A stretch of 64,000 nt of DNA, taken from assembly GCA_038087875.1 (NCBI GenBank), contig CM075990.1, forward strand, positions 14,942,001 through 15,006,000, read 5' to 3'. This stretch comes from Malacoraja senta (taxonomy: Eukaryota). The notes under the pieces are model-generated. The model was not told the DNA's origin and made no database searches. It worked only from the letters and a program-made list of their open reading frames with translations. Below, piece after piece: positions 37,480 to 49,756 of this stretch (positions are counted from its first letter, which is position 1; the number at the start of each line of letters is the position of its first letter). The translations under genes and the position numbers were made by a program.

Positions 37480-38370
37480 TAAGGAAATGGCAGAGAAATT
37501 AAACGATAAAGCACAGAACACTCTCCACACCAGTTTCCACGCAGAAACAATGGAGAGCAGCAGCTCTAAAGGGAATAAGGAGGTGAAAGAAATCAACGCT
37601 GGTGAGAATTATTACAGGAAAAATGAATGGAACTGAATGCTGATAAATTCCCAGGACCTTCATCCTATAAGGTGTTGGAAAAAGGTTGCCATAGAAACGG
37701 TGAATGCACTAATTATCACCTTCCAAAATTCATACCTTCCAGAATGGTTTCCATCGATCAGAAGGTAGCAAATATAACCCCATTATTTCAGAAAGAAGGG
37801 AGGGAGAAAATGGGGAACTGCAAACAAGTTAATGTAACATCAGCAGTGAGCGAAATACTGGAAACTATTATCAAATAAATTGTGGCAAAGCACTCAGAAA
37901 CTAATAACAGCATTCAGTCATGAAGGTGAAATTGTGTTTGACCAATCTCAGTTTGAGGCTATAATTAGCAGAATAGATAAGGATCGGCCAGTTTATATGG
38001 TTATTGCTGTTTCAGGGGGCTTTGAGAAAGGTACCACACCATAAAAATTGTTCAACAAAAGAAGAGCAGATGGCATGGATGTAATGGACTACGGTGAATT
38101 AAAGATTTTTGAATGTGAAATAGAGTTAGAAAGAACAGATCATTTTCAGTTTGGGTGTTGTGAATAGTGGGTTGCTGCAGGGATTACAATCTATCAATGT
38201 TTTTGTGGGCCGAGTATCTATCAAAATCTGCCGAGTATCTATCAAAACGTACCAGTGATTCAAATCTGGGCGGGTTGTGGGAGGATGATGCAGTGTGGCT
38301 TCAAGGGATTATATAGGCAGGCTACGTGGATGGATCGGACGTGTCAAATGGAATAACATGGAAAAATGGG
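37480..38370 (+). mobile_element. Old CR1 RT relic
   Basis: KVANITPLFQKEGREKMGNCKQVNVTSAVSEILETIIK resembles CR1 W..ANV.PLFKKG.R....NYRPVSLTS. Confidence 0.8.
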
Positions 38371-38754
38371 ATGTTTTGCTTGTTGAGTTAGCACATTGTA
38401 CCCGTGACTGTGTAAGTTTCCACCCGCAGCTCAATAATATACTGGTCGGTAGGTTAATTGGTCATTGCATATTGCCTGGAGTGCGTAGGTGAGTGGGTGA
38501 ATCTGAAGGAAATTGATGGGAATATGTGGAGATAAAAATGGATTAGTGTAACTTCTCAGTGTAAGTGTCAGCACTGTCTCAGTGGGCTGAAGGGCCTGTT
38601 GCTGTGTTTTGATGACTAACATTTCCACACCTTTAGTTCACTGAGTGGACATTTCTGGTGGTACTTCTGTGAAGTGACTTTAATTGTTTTAAACTGCTGT
38701 TTAAGTGAAATGTTTTTGGCCCTGTGTTTAAACTAGTTATTTAATTAGTATGAG

Positions 38755-40060
38755 CGTGCATAGGATCCAGGGAGAGCTGGCTAATTGGATATGTAATTGA
38801 CGATGATAGAAAATAGGCTAATGGTTGAATGATGTATTTTGGATTGGAGGCCTGTGACTTATGGTGTGCTTCAGGGGTTGGTGCTGGGCCCATTGTTGGT
38901 TGTCATCTAAATCAATGAGTTAGATGAGAATGTGCATGGCATGGTGAATACATTTGCAGATGACACTAAAATGTATTATCAAGAATTTCAGCAGGATCTT
39001 TCTCAGCTGGGTAAGTGAGCTGAGGAATGGCAAATGGAGTTTAATTCAGGAAGGTGCGATGTGTTCCTTGTCGGGATGTCAAACCAAGACTTTAATGGTG
39101 AACGGTTGGGTCCTGGGAAAGTTGTGGAACAAAGGAACCAAGCAGTACAAGCACATGCTAGTCCGAAGGTGGCATCTAGTGGGCAGGGTGGTGAGGAAGG
39201 CCATTGGCACACTGCGCTCCATTAGTAGATGCACTGAGTATAGAAGATTGGACCTTCTGTTGCAGTTGCAGAAACCATTGGTGAGGTTGCACTTGAAGTA
39301 TTGTGTACAGTTTTGGTCGCAAGGATTTATGAGGATGTTGCCAGGACTCAAAGGACTAAGTTAGAGAGAGAGGTTTGCCAGATTGAGACTTTTTCCTTGG
39401 AACATAGGAGAGTGAGGGGTGCTCTTATAGAAGTGTATTAATTCAGAGTTAATGTGAATGCACACAGCATTTTACCCAGGATTGGTCGGTTGTGTTTTTG
39501 TGACAGTACGTGCCAGTTAAGGGCCTGTCCCACTTACGCGATATTTTTCGGCGACTTGCCGGCACCCGTCATAGTCGCAGCAAATCAGCAACTCTAAAAG
39601 TTATTTTACAAGTTTAAAAAGTTGTTAAAATATTAATATTACAAAAAGATTACTGAAATAAAAAATATAAAAATGTATTATTTAAATTTGGGGATCTAGC
39701 CTTACACAGCTGAAACAGATTATCGGGTGATGATCCACCATTGACACCAAAAGTAATGAACAATATATGTACCGACATTTTTTGTCTCCATAAAAAGCAG
39801 TGGGTTGGAAATCAAGTTGGAAGACATTGGTTAAAGGTGAGATTTAAGAGGAACCCGAAAGGCAGCTTTTTCACACATGGGGTGGTGGGTGCATGGAATG
39901 AACTGCCAGAGGACATAGTTGAGACTACAGTGCAATAAGAATATTTAAAAGACATTTGTACGTGTACATGGATAGAAAACGGTTAGTAGGATATGGGACC
40001 AGTGTGGATAGCATTCTGGTTGGCATGGGCTGAAGGGCCGGTTTCAGCACTGTGTGACTC
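38755..40060 (+). mobile_element. CR1 RT and 3' fragments, with a truncated Harbinger-like MITE end at about 39520-39582
   Basis: tttgcagatgacactaaa (FADDTK), LVRLHLKYCVQFWS, FFTHGVVGAWNELP; tta|agggcctgtcccac MITE terminus. Confidence 0.8.
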
Positions 40061-42351
40061 CATGTATGTGAACGTGAAATGAGTGAGATATTTGTAATCA
40101 ATTTTGGTTGGATTCTGATGTATTGAATTGGGCAATCCCAGATCCTGCTGCATTGAACCGTGTAAGTGTACATGAGGAAGAGAGAAGTGACTTGAGCATT
40201 GTCTAAAATTGTGTTACTGAAGCAGGATTTTGTGTTATGCCGGTAAAACCAGTTATTGTCTTTCATTCCCTGTCTTGACTTGCACCTGCTAGCCTTTGCT
40301 TTGACTCTGTCAGGTCAAAGATATACAGGCCTTAGCTGTGTGGTTTTGCTACTTGTCATGTCCCAGAGATGTTGTACATCTTGTTTCAGAGATATTTTGC
40401 TGTAATGTTCTTTGACCTTTTCCATTCAGTGAGCCAGTCGAATAGCTGCACAGTGAGGAAAATTGAGCTGTTTTATTCCTCCCCAAGGATCTTCATGTTT
40501 CCTTTCCACCATTTATTTGAAAGCTATCATTTTCTTGATTTCATAGCTGAAAACTTCATTGATTTGTGGGATGATAGATGCTAAGAGTTCTTCTATTGGC
40601 ATGCTTATTGACAGTTTTCAGTAAATTCTGTGTCTAATTATCACTCTCTGCTAAATGATACACCTTATGGACTTGAGAGCTGGAGTCGATATCTTTCAGT
40701 GTATTGTTGCAACAGCAGACTATATTGAATATTGTGTCAAACTGATGTGATTTATGTGATCAGAAAAAAAAGTTCTGTCTGCGTGCTGCATAATTAAACA
40801 AAGTGCAGAGTGACTGGTGACAAAATAAGGTCTGCCACAGCCATCAGTAAATGAGAAAGGATTTCAAGAGTAAGTGACCCAGACATTGAAGAATCTCTTT
40901 TGGCATTTTATGTTTTTTCAATTTTCAGGGTTCGATTTCTTCTTTACCCCTCACCCAGGCTTAAGAATTGGAAAGGTTTTTCCTGTCCTTTCTGAGTCTT
41001 ACCCTGCCTTCTAGCCTAGTATAGATGTGCACTGAAAGCACAATTGGATGGCATTGCTGTTGTCAGCAGTTTGTGAGACCTCTATGTTACAGTACCATCT
41101 TATCCCTTGGAACCTGCTGTTTAACTCATCCCTATAAAGCCAAAACAATTTCTTTCTCTCCCCCTGGGCTCTGTTAAAAAATGCAAACCTTTGCTAATGG
41201 TGTCATGTAACATTTTAGTACAATGGCAAACTAAAAGCTTGTGTGTTTCCTGAAGAATTTTGTACTGTCTTATTTCAGTGAAATATCTTCATCCTTGCCT
41301 GTACTACACAAAAACCAAATGCGCCTTCCATAAATTTGAGAATACAAATGCTCATTAAGATGAAAAAATGATACTTAGTGGTCTATGGAGTGGTAAGTTG
41401 TACCCAAAAATAAATGAACATATCTGTTTCAGACCATATTTGGAGCCACAGGGTTTCAACATTGAAAATAATATTTCAATGGTGACTGAGGATTCTGGCG
41501 TAAAAGATGTTCATAACTCAATTGTTCCCGCATTGCTCTTGAATTATAGGTCTTTCACATTTATGAAAGAACTGCCATAACTCTCACTCACTGGGAAGAG
41601 ATATCCTATGTGTCGTATTTATTTATTCACAACTTTAGCAGAAAATAATGCAGCTGTCGTCATTATCTAAACAAACTACCAGTATTACAGTAAGCCACAA
41701 ACATAACAGCTAACATATGGAGTATTTGTTTGCTATGGAGACTTGCATGTGAAAGAATGTGATATTTTGTTTTTCCTTCTGGGATTGTCAAGACGCAGAA
41801 GATCTCTAAAAAAAAAAGAAGCAAATCTAGAAGTACAGCAGATCAAACCATATTTGTTACTTAAATGCCTTAGGGTTAGTGCATTGCAAGTTGCTGGTTG
41901 GCAGTTATTCACACACAGTGTATGACTAAGCGATTGTACAAAATGAAAGATATCATTGGAGCATCTTAGTATCTCAAAGGAAGCGTTTATAGTTTTGTTC
42001 AATATTATTTTCTCATTATTTGCAATTGTCCATTTCACAAATGGTCTGTGGAGAACTGTCATGTGAATGTTTGTTCTTCTTTTCCAGTTAAAGATTGTTG
42101 TTTGTAGTCAATGGGACGATAAATTTGGTCATGTTTAGATCAAGTGGCGACCACATCTACAAAGCGATGCATTAGACCAAAACATAATGGAATGGGACGG
42201 ATGGTGAAAATGATTTTTTTTTTAAATGTAAATGATGAAAGCATCAGAAAAGTTAAATGTCAAAATATCGTAAGTAGGGCAAAAATGTGAACGTGTGGAA
42301 GGGATGCGTCCTGTCTGAGTGAGTGGAGGTGAGGCATAGACAATGAGTGAG

Positions 42352-43143
42352 TCTGAGGGCATAGTTTTAAGGTGAAAGGGACAAAGTTTAAAGGAGATGC
42401 GCGGGGCAGTTTTTTTTGCACAGAAATTGGTGAGTGTCTGGGATGCCTTGCCTGGCATGGTGGTGGAGACAGATACAATAGTGGCATTTAAGAAATGTGT
42501 TTGATAGGCAGGAGATGGACGACCAGGTTCAGGAACAGCTACTTCCCCACAGCCATCAGGCTATTAAACCTGGCTCGGACATAACACTGAACTTTATTAG
42601 CCAATACTGTTATTTGCACTTTATCAGTATATTGACCATTGTGTATATATTTATAGAATGCCTTGTAGTAAATGCCTACTATGTTCTGTTGTGCTCAAGC
42701 AAAGCAAGAATTTCGTTGTCCTACCAGGGACACATGACAATAAACTCACTTGACTTGACTTGACTTGACTTGACTTGACTGATATGGATTATGTGTAGGC
42801 AGGTGAGAGTTGGTCCTGGCACCTGAGTAACTCAGCAGGACAGGCAGCATCTCTGGAGAGAAGCAATGGGCGTCGTTTTGGGTCGAGATCCTTCTTCAGA
42901 CTGAAGGAGGGTCTCGACCCAAAACGTCTCCCATTAAATCTGAAGAAGGATCTCGACCTGAAACGTCACCCATTCCTTCTCTCCAGAGATGCTGCCTGTC
43001 CCGCTGAGTTACTCCAGCATTTTGTGTCTATCTTTGATTTAAACCAGCATCTGCTGTTCTTTCCTACACATTTGGTCCTGGCATCATGTTCGGCCAGATG
43101 TTGGGAGCCCAAGGGTCTATTTCTGTGTGGCACTGTTCTATGA
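42352..43143 (+). mobile_element. CR1 3' fragment containing a nested Rex1 3' end (about 42518-42781, (ttgac)n tail) and a PLE unit
   Basis: CR1 sequence resumes after each insertion. Confidence 0.8.
42822..43071 (+). mobile_element. PLE pLTR composite with three hammerhead-like cores
   Basis: 12-bp TSD ttggtcctggca (42810-42821 and 43072-43083); one inverted core and two tandem cores (42901-42928, 42940-42967). Confidence 0.87.
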
Positions 43144-44567
43144 GTAGAAAGGTATACTGTCTGAGTACGAGGGTGAAGGGAGAGATACTGTCTGAGTGAG
43201 TGGATGTGAGTTAGTGTCTGAGTGAGTGGAAAGGAGGACACACAGTTGAAGCCAACACTACATTTCTGATCGTCATGAGACCAATTGATCCATTCATGCT
43301 TAAAGCTGCTCTTCAGCATTGTTCCAACTGCACATTCTGATCCTAGAATGATACATTAATTAAAACTTTGTGCCCTGTGGTGGCAGAAAGCAGCATACCT
43401 GTCGGTCATGCACAAACTAGCTGTTCTCCATTGAAAGTGAAGGGGCAGCCAGCGACTGGATTTAAACTCAGCTGATCTGCCTTGGGATTTTCTTTTTTAC
43501 CACTTTGCAAGTTTGTCATCCCATCGCACATTTCCGTTGATAACCGTGTAGACTGGATTTTGGATGGTTGCTACTGACTTCACCTCTGTTTTCAGAAAGC
43601 AAAGCACAGCATTTAAATACAAATAATGATGCATTGTTTTCTCATTTATGGGTGGAATCCTGTTTCAGTTGCTTGAGTGAGCTTTATGAGAATAAAAAGC
43701 TAAACAAAGCTACTTCAATTTAAACAAAATGCTGTATATTTTCAGTGGAGCAAATTATATGTGGCTTATATATTAATGCTTTGACAGTTCTGTATTAACT
43801 GAATGTGGCCAATAATGTATTCATGTCTCAAACTTTAAACAAAAGATTCCAAATGTTTTGGCATGATTTTATTTGACAACCCTATTTTGAAAGGCATTAA
43901 TTAAATTTCCGATGCAAACTACTACTGAATTAACCTACCAACTTAAAACTGTACGAATCGTGTTTTTAAAAATTAATTAAACATGGTTGACAGGTTCATT
44001 AATTGTGACAATGTTAAATCGTCAGAGTTTTTAAATATGATTTTCAAGCAAATTTTATTATTACTTGCATGAAACTTATCATAGCGTGTCTGGGCAAGAG
44101 AAAACACAGTGATATTGACTTCACCCACACTTGACTATATTTAGGAATCCTCTAATTGCATCACTCACTGCATATCAAGTTCAAGTTCAAATTTATTTGT
44201 CAGTGAAATGTAATTTACCATGTAGCGTTACAATTAAAAAAGGACACAATACACAACAGCATTCTTCACTGTGGTGGAAGGCAATACAGTTCAGAGAGTC
44301 CTGCTCCTCACTTGTTCATCTGTGGTCGTGGCCCTGACCCTCTGTATTTGCCGCTACGGATGGCCCGATGTTCAAGCCCTCTGGTCGGGATGGTCGGAAC
44401 GCCGATGTCCATTTACTGTGTTGTGCAGTAAATAAACGTTCAAGACTAACTTTGGAATATGCTCTCTGAGAAGATAGAGGAGGAAATCGCTCTTATGACA
44501 TGAACAAAATTATCTGGATGAGGACTTGTACTGCACGGAGGACTACTGACGGAGCACTGGTAAAGGG

Positions 44568-44662
44568 GTCTGAAGAAGGGTTTCGGCCCGAAACGTTGCC
44601 TATTTCCTTCGCTCCATAGATGTTGCTGCACCCGCTGAGTTTCTCCAGCACTTTTGTCTACC
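44568..44662 (+). mobile_element. Solo PLE pLTR unit with intact hammerhead core (44570-44597)
   Basis: ctgaagaagggtttcggcccgaaacgttgcc. Confidence 0.88.
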
Positions 44663-44714
44663 AAGGGATTAGTATAGATTGGTACTTAGTTGTCATCATT
44701 GACATGGTGGGCTG

Positions 44715-45060
44715 TTATAGAACAGTCCAGCATAAGAATAGGCCCTTCGGCCCACAATGGCTGTGCTGTACATGCCAAGACCATCGCTGATCTCCCTTCA
44801 CATAATCCATATTCCTCCATCCCCTGCATATCCATATGCCTATCCAAAAGTCTCTTAAATGCCACTATTACATCTGCCTCCAGTGCCATCCATGGCAGCA
44901 CGTTCCAGGCATTCAGCACCCTCTGTGTAAAAATAGAAATGGCCCTGCACATCCCCTTTGAACTCTGCTCCCTTAACCTTAACGCAATGCTTTCTTGTAT
45001 TTAATGTATCCATCCTGAGAAATAGGTCCTGGCTGCCTGGCCCATCTATGCCTCTCATAA
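44715..45060 (-). mobile_element. CR1 LINE 3' fragment
   Basis: FTQRVLNAWNVLP...AFKRLLDRHM. Confidence 0.85.
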
Positions 45061-45699
45061 CCTTTTGTGCTGAATGATTAATGATTTATGGCTAACAGAA
45101 ACAAAATAAATATATAAACATGCAGACAAACTGGAAGGCCAGCAGTATTCTGAGGGACTGGGATGTCCAGAAGAATGCTTTCTGGCATTGATTCCGATGA
45201 TCAGATCACTAGGGGACCTGGTCAACCTCCTTCAATATGTTATTCATTTCGCAAGCTAATTGTGGATAGTATTGAAAGTGTTTGGTAAAATAACTGTTTC
45301 ATTGGGAAAGCAGGGAAGGAGAAGTGTGACTGATAAGTCCACATGAAAAGTAATGCACATTGTGTGAGTTTAGGCACCAGGCAACATTAATCAAGGGCAT
45401 TAAAGACCTGGTGCAATGCCTTAAACTATTGAAAACAAAAATTGATGTAGCAAGATGCTGAGTTGGCTTTAAGGAGGAGAAATGAGGCTTGAGGAAAGTC
45501 TCAAATAATAGTTTTATTTATTAAACAAGACAACAACGGTCACTGGAAAAAAAAGCAATTTATTGGAAAACGGCATCTAACAAGGCATTGGAAATCAAAA
45601 TTGGATTCAAGCCCATGTTTAAAAAGAGAAAAGCAATCAATGCAATTTTTGTACTGATAAGCTGATGATGTGGACAAAGTACACCTGTAGTCATGGAAA

Positions 45700-46735
45700 G
45701 ATCAAGAAGTGCAGCACCTTCATCTCCACTAACAACAGCAACTTGAATTTATGTTTCCTTTGTCGAATTGAAACGAGCTTTATAGGACTATCATCAAACA
45801 CATTTTGATGAGGAACCTCGAGTATGATCTGCAACAAGGGCCTTGGCTGATGAACATCAGAAGTGGCAAATAGTAGCTGCAGAATAGAGGTTGTGTTTGA
45901 GACCAAGGAGATGACTCTGTAGTTTCCAGTAATCAGTTGTAGGAAATGTGTGGTCATCCAGAGCTTGATGTTGGAAAAGTGGTCAGAAAGACTGGATAGA
46001 CTCGGCTTGTACTTGCTAGAATTTAGAAGATTGAGGGGGGATCTTATAGAAACTTACAAAATTCTTAAGGGGTTGGACAGGCTAGATGCAGGAAGATTGT
46101 TCCCGATGTTGGGGAAGTCCAGAACAAGGGGTCACAGTTTAAGGATAAGGGGGAAGTCTTTTTGGACCGAGATGAGAAAAACATTTTTCACACAGAGAGT
46201 GGTGAATCTCTGGAATTCTCTGCCGCAGAAGGTAGTTGAGACCAGTTCATTGGCTATATTTAAGAGGGAGTTAGATGTAGCCCTTGTGGCTAAAGGGATC
46301 AGGGGGTATGGAAAGAAGGCAGGTACAGGATACTGAGTTGGATGATCAGCCATGATCATATTGAATGGCGGTGCAGGCTCCAAGGGCCAAATGGCCTAAT
46401 CCTGCACCTATTTTCTATGTTTCTATGTTTCTATGACGTTTTGGATTGGGACCTTTCTTCAGACTGTGTGGTTCTGTGTGGTTCTATGTTTCTATGAAAA
46501 CTTGGAAGTCTAGCAGTCAAATGGAGAGCTGTGGTTGTTGATTAGAATTGGGTGTTGCCTATGTAAATGTGGAAAGTGACTGTCTTTTTGAATTGTGTAC
46601 CAATGGATAGGAGATAGACAGGAAGGCCAATGAGGGAGCCATGGAGATGACCATGAGCAGGAAGCTGTCGGAAGAGATGGCTTTGCAGTTGATGCCATGG
46701 CTTTAAAAGTAAATAACAATAGAATTGGTTACTCC
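45700..46735 (-). mobile_element. Old L2 RT relic interrupted by a young CR1
   Basis: HGSLIGLPVYLLSIG...VTFHIYIGNTQF resembles QGSVLGP...FH.YADDTQLY. Confidence 0.55.
45987..46434 (+). mobile_element. Young CR1 3' fragment
   Basis: Open frame ERLDRLGLYLLEFRRLRGDLIETYKIL...FFTQRVVNLWNSLP...GTGY*; (tttctatg)n tail. Confidence 0.95.
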
Positions 46736-47586
46736 CAGTCACGGTCATCTGGACAGTCCTAATCCTCTCTGGATCACACTTCTTGATTAGTAAGGGTCTC
46801 AGGGGTTATGGGGAGAAGGCAGGAGAATGGGGTTAGGAGGGAGAGATAGATCAGCCATGATTGAATGGTGTAGACTAGATGGGATGATTGTCTAATTCTG
46901 CTCCTATCACTTATGACCTTGTGACACATCCTGACTGAGATCTATATCACTGATCCTCAAATTTGGTCTCCTGCAACTCTTCATTGAAAATCAGAGAGAA
47001 AGCATGAATTCAATAAATTATAACCATGAATTTGATCAATTATAAGCATCTCAATGATCTATTCTCTCATTTGTTTCTTGAACATTGTTGCATTGTCTTA
47101 CCTGGAAATGAAATGCCTAAAATTGAACATAAAAAAGCCCTAGTCTCAGGTAGGGCAATTTTTGAATAAACCAAGTCATATACAAAGGTCAGTTCAAAAG
47201 TTAGTTTAGTCTTTGAAATAAATGGAACTGTCATCCTTGTGTACTCTATTTATTAGTCAATGGGTTGGGTTGCTATGTTCATTTCCTGTTCTATAAATAC
47301 AAACAGACAGCAGATGTGTTATCATATGTTGAATAAGTGTTTGAAGATTCCAGTGAAGCCAGTAAAGGTCATTGTGTCCTCAAACCAGTTGGAGCTGAAC
47401 CTCAGCTGCTGCACTTCAATCTCTGTCACACTGTGGAGGGGAAGGACTCTGATGTTTGGTGAGGCATTGTCTGCTCATCAAAACTTGTCCCATTACACGC
47501 TGAAACTTTGAATGCCATAAGACACCCATCAAGTTTTTATCTGAGAATATGGAAAATATTATCTTTTTAATCTAAAAACACTAACT

Positions 47587-47895
47587 AGCGGCATGTAGCT
47601 AATAGAATTGCCTGCCTAAAACCATTAGAGATCCAGGTTTGATCCTGATCTTGCTGCCTGTGTGGAGTTTGTACGTTCTCCCTGTAGCTGCATGGGAATT
47701 TCTTTGGGTGGTTTTCCTCCCTCATCCCCAAGACGTGGGTTAGTAGGTTAATTGGACTGTGTAAATTGCCACTCATGGTGAGGGAGTAGATTAGAAGGTG
47801 GGATAATATAGAACGAGTGTGAATGGGTGATCAATGGTTGGCATATGCTCGGTGGGCCGAAGAGACATTTTCCATGCTTTATCTTTAACAAGTTA
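47587..47895 (+). mobile_element. V-core SINE (older)
   Basis: Head, core and tail recognisable. Confidence 0.8.
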
Positions 47896-48051
47896 AAAAA
47901 GCAAGTTTTTTCTTTATGTACTTCCAGTTTTTTCTACTGGAATCCTTTAGAAAATACTTGTTTTCCATGTCCATGTATTTCCAAGAAGTGTTATGTGATC
48001 TAACTAAGTTTCCTCTTTTGATCAACCACATTTTCTTAAACACAAATGCTT

Positions 48052-48105
48052 GGGGTGGGAGATTGCAACCTTCACGTGGTCCGCCCTGTTTCGACGAATG
48101 TAATC
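48052..48105 (+). ncRNA. Minimal HDV-like self-cleaving ribozyme (predicted, 54 nt)
   Basis: P1 GGGGUGG/CCGCCCU, P2 GAUUGCA/UGUAAUC, P3 ACC/GGU, L3 UUCACGU, G then U-UUCG-A mini-P4, catalytic C48095 followed by GAA. Confidence 0.8.
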
Positions 48106-48197
48106 AACATGGCGTGCACAATCAAATAAGATCAAATAGAACAAGTTGTCGTACAACTTTAGGCTGTGCACGCCATACGCAAGAAGAAGAAGAAGAA
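48052..48197 (+). mobile_element. 146-bp ribozyme-headed SINE-like element (Ingi/Vingi-type tail)
   Basis: HDV-like head, 12-bp hairpin atggcgtgcaca/tgtgcacgccat, then acgc(aag)n tail; no clear TSD. Confidence 0.75.
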
Positions 48198-48424
48198 ACA
48201 TCCAGGAACATCCTTCAGGGAGATATTCGCTATGGTCTGTCATTTCTTAATTACCACAAACCCACTGGTCCTGGACAAAGCAATCAGTTTTTTTATGTGT
48301 ATCAACATTTTATGAGACCAAAATCTGCCTTTGGAACAATAATTCACAGCAGGATAGTATGGCTTTCACTGTTCCCATCTCTTCCCTCTTTATTATCCTC
48401 TTTCCTCAACCTGTTGTCGCTTAA

Positions 48425-48712
48425 CTCCAGACTCCGGACTGTCAAAGCTGCCACAGCCAGACATAAAAACAGTTTTTATCCACGAGTAGTTGCTCTACTC
48501 AACAGCCAAAAATCTGTAGCCTCCCTTTGATCTGGTATTTTGTTGGTTCACATGCTTGATCAATGGTGTTTAATCATTAATGTTTTATTATTATTAATGT
48601 TTAGTGTTTTCCGAGTCATTCGTAACTGTCACTGTATATCATGTTGTTACTTGTGGGTGGAGCACCAAGGCAAATTCCTTGCATGTGAATACTTGGCCAA
48701 TAAACTTACTTA
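48425..48712 (+). mobile_element. Rex1/Babar 3' end
   Basis: RLRTVKAATARHKNSFYPRVVALLN; acttggccaataaacttactta tail. Confidence 0.85.
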
Positions 48713-48927
48713 ACAATTTCATTACTTTATTTTCTCTTTTTACACTAAGCTCTTTCTTCCTTTATCATGACATTCCTTCATTCATTATGTTGAAGCGTTC
48801 GTTGTATGTGGCAAACAAACTTTATACAGCTTGTGCATTAAATTTTAAATCTTCCTGGGTATTGGTTTATTATTGTCACCTGCACTGAAATCTAGTGGGG
48901 AAAAAAATATTTGCATTCTATCCAGTC

Positions 48928-49093
48928 TTCTTGTCTAGTCCACACACAAGATTGGAAATTGTTCAGCCAGAGCTGAACACACTTCTCGGCATACAATGCC
49001 GCATACAATGATGTCTTCTTGCGCTTCTTGTGCGTGGTGGTAGAAAGATTGGTGGAAAAAAGGAAGTGATGTGAACGCCCTTTCCTTGACCCC
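48928..49093 (-). mobile_element. 166-bp SINE-like element with decayed minimal HDV-like head
   Basis: TSD attctatccagtc (48915-48927 and 49094-49106); P2 GGAAAGG/UCUUUCU, L3 UUCACAU; 3' hairpin ccacgcacaaga/tcttgtgtgtgg; caagaag tail. Confidence 0.78.
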
Positions 49094-49134
49094 ATTCTAT
49101 CCAGTCAAATCACACCTTATATATCAGGCCACCA

Positions 49135-49415
49135 GGGTAGCACAGTGATAGAGTTGCTGCCTTACAGCGTCAGGGATCAATCCTGACTATGGGTGCTGTC
49201 TGAATGGAGTTTTGTACATTCTCCCAGTAATCATGTGGTCTTTCTCCGGGTGCTCTGGCTTCCTTCCACATTCCAAAGATGTACAGGGTTGTAGGTTAAT
49301 TGGCTGCTGTAAATTGTCCCTCGTGTGAAGGATAGAACTAGTGCCCAGGTGTTTGTTGGTCGGCATGGACATGGTGGGTCGAAAGGCCTGTTGCCACGCC
49401 ATAGCCCTAAACTAA
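49135..49415 (+). mobile_element. V-core SINE
   Basis: Head, core and ctaaactaaa tail. Confidence 0.85.
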
Positions 49416-49756
49416 AGCCATCCAGACGTACAACAGATAGTGCAAAAATAAATATACCAGAGTGCAGTAGAAAGTGTTGCAGCGTCATCATTACAGAGAA
49501 AGTGCAGATAAAGAAAAGTGCTATTGGCATGAGGAGGTTGGGAGATCAGGACTACACCCTTAGCTTATGTGAGAGCTGTTCAGTAATGTGATAACAGTGG
49601 GGAAGTAGCTGTTTCTGAATTTAGAGCGACATCTTTTTATCTTCTGTTAGATGGGAGAGGGGAGAAGAGGGAATGACCGAGGTATAAATGATTCGTGATT
49701 ATCGTGAGGTCATAAGGAATAGGAGTAGGCCATTCGGCTCATCAAGTCTACTCTGC

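Noticed and set aside
47916-48530. 204-aa ORF as a novel gene
   Set aside because: It is a chance read-through of AT-rich flank, the ribozyme-headed element with its (AAG)n tail (EEEEE) and a Rex1 3' end.
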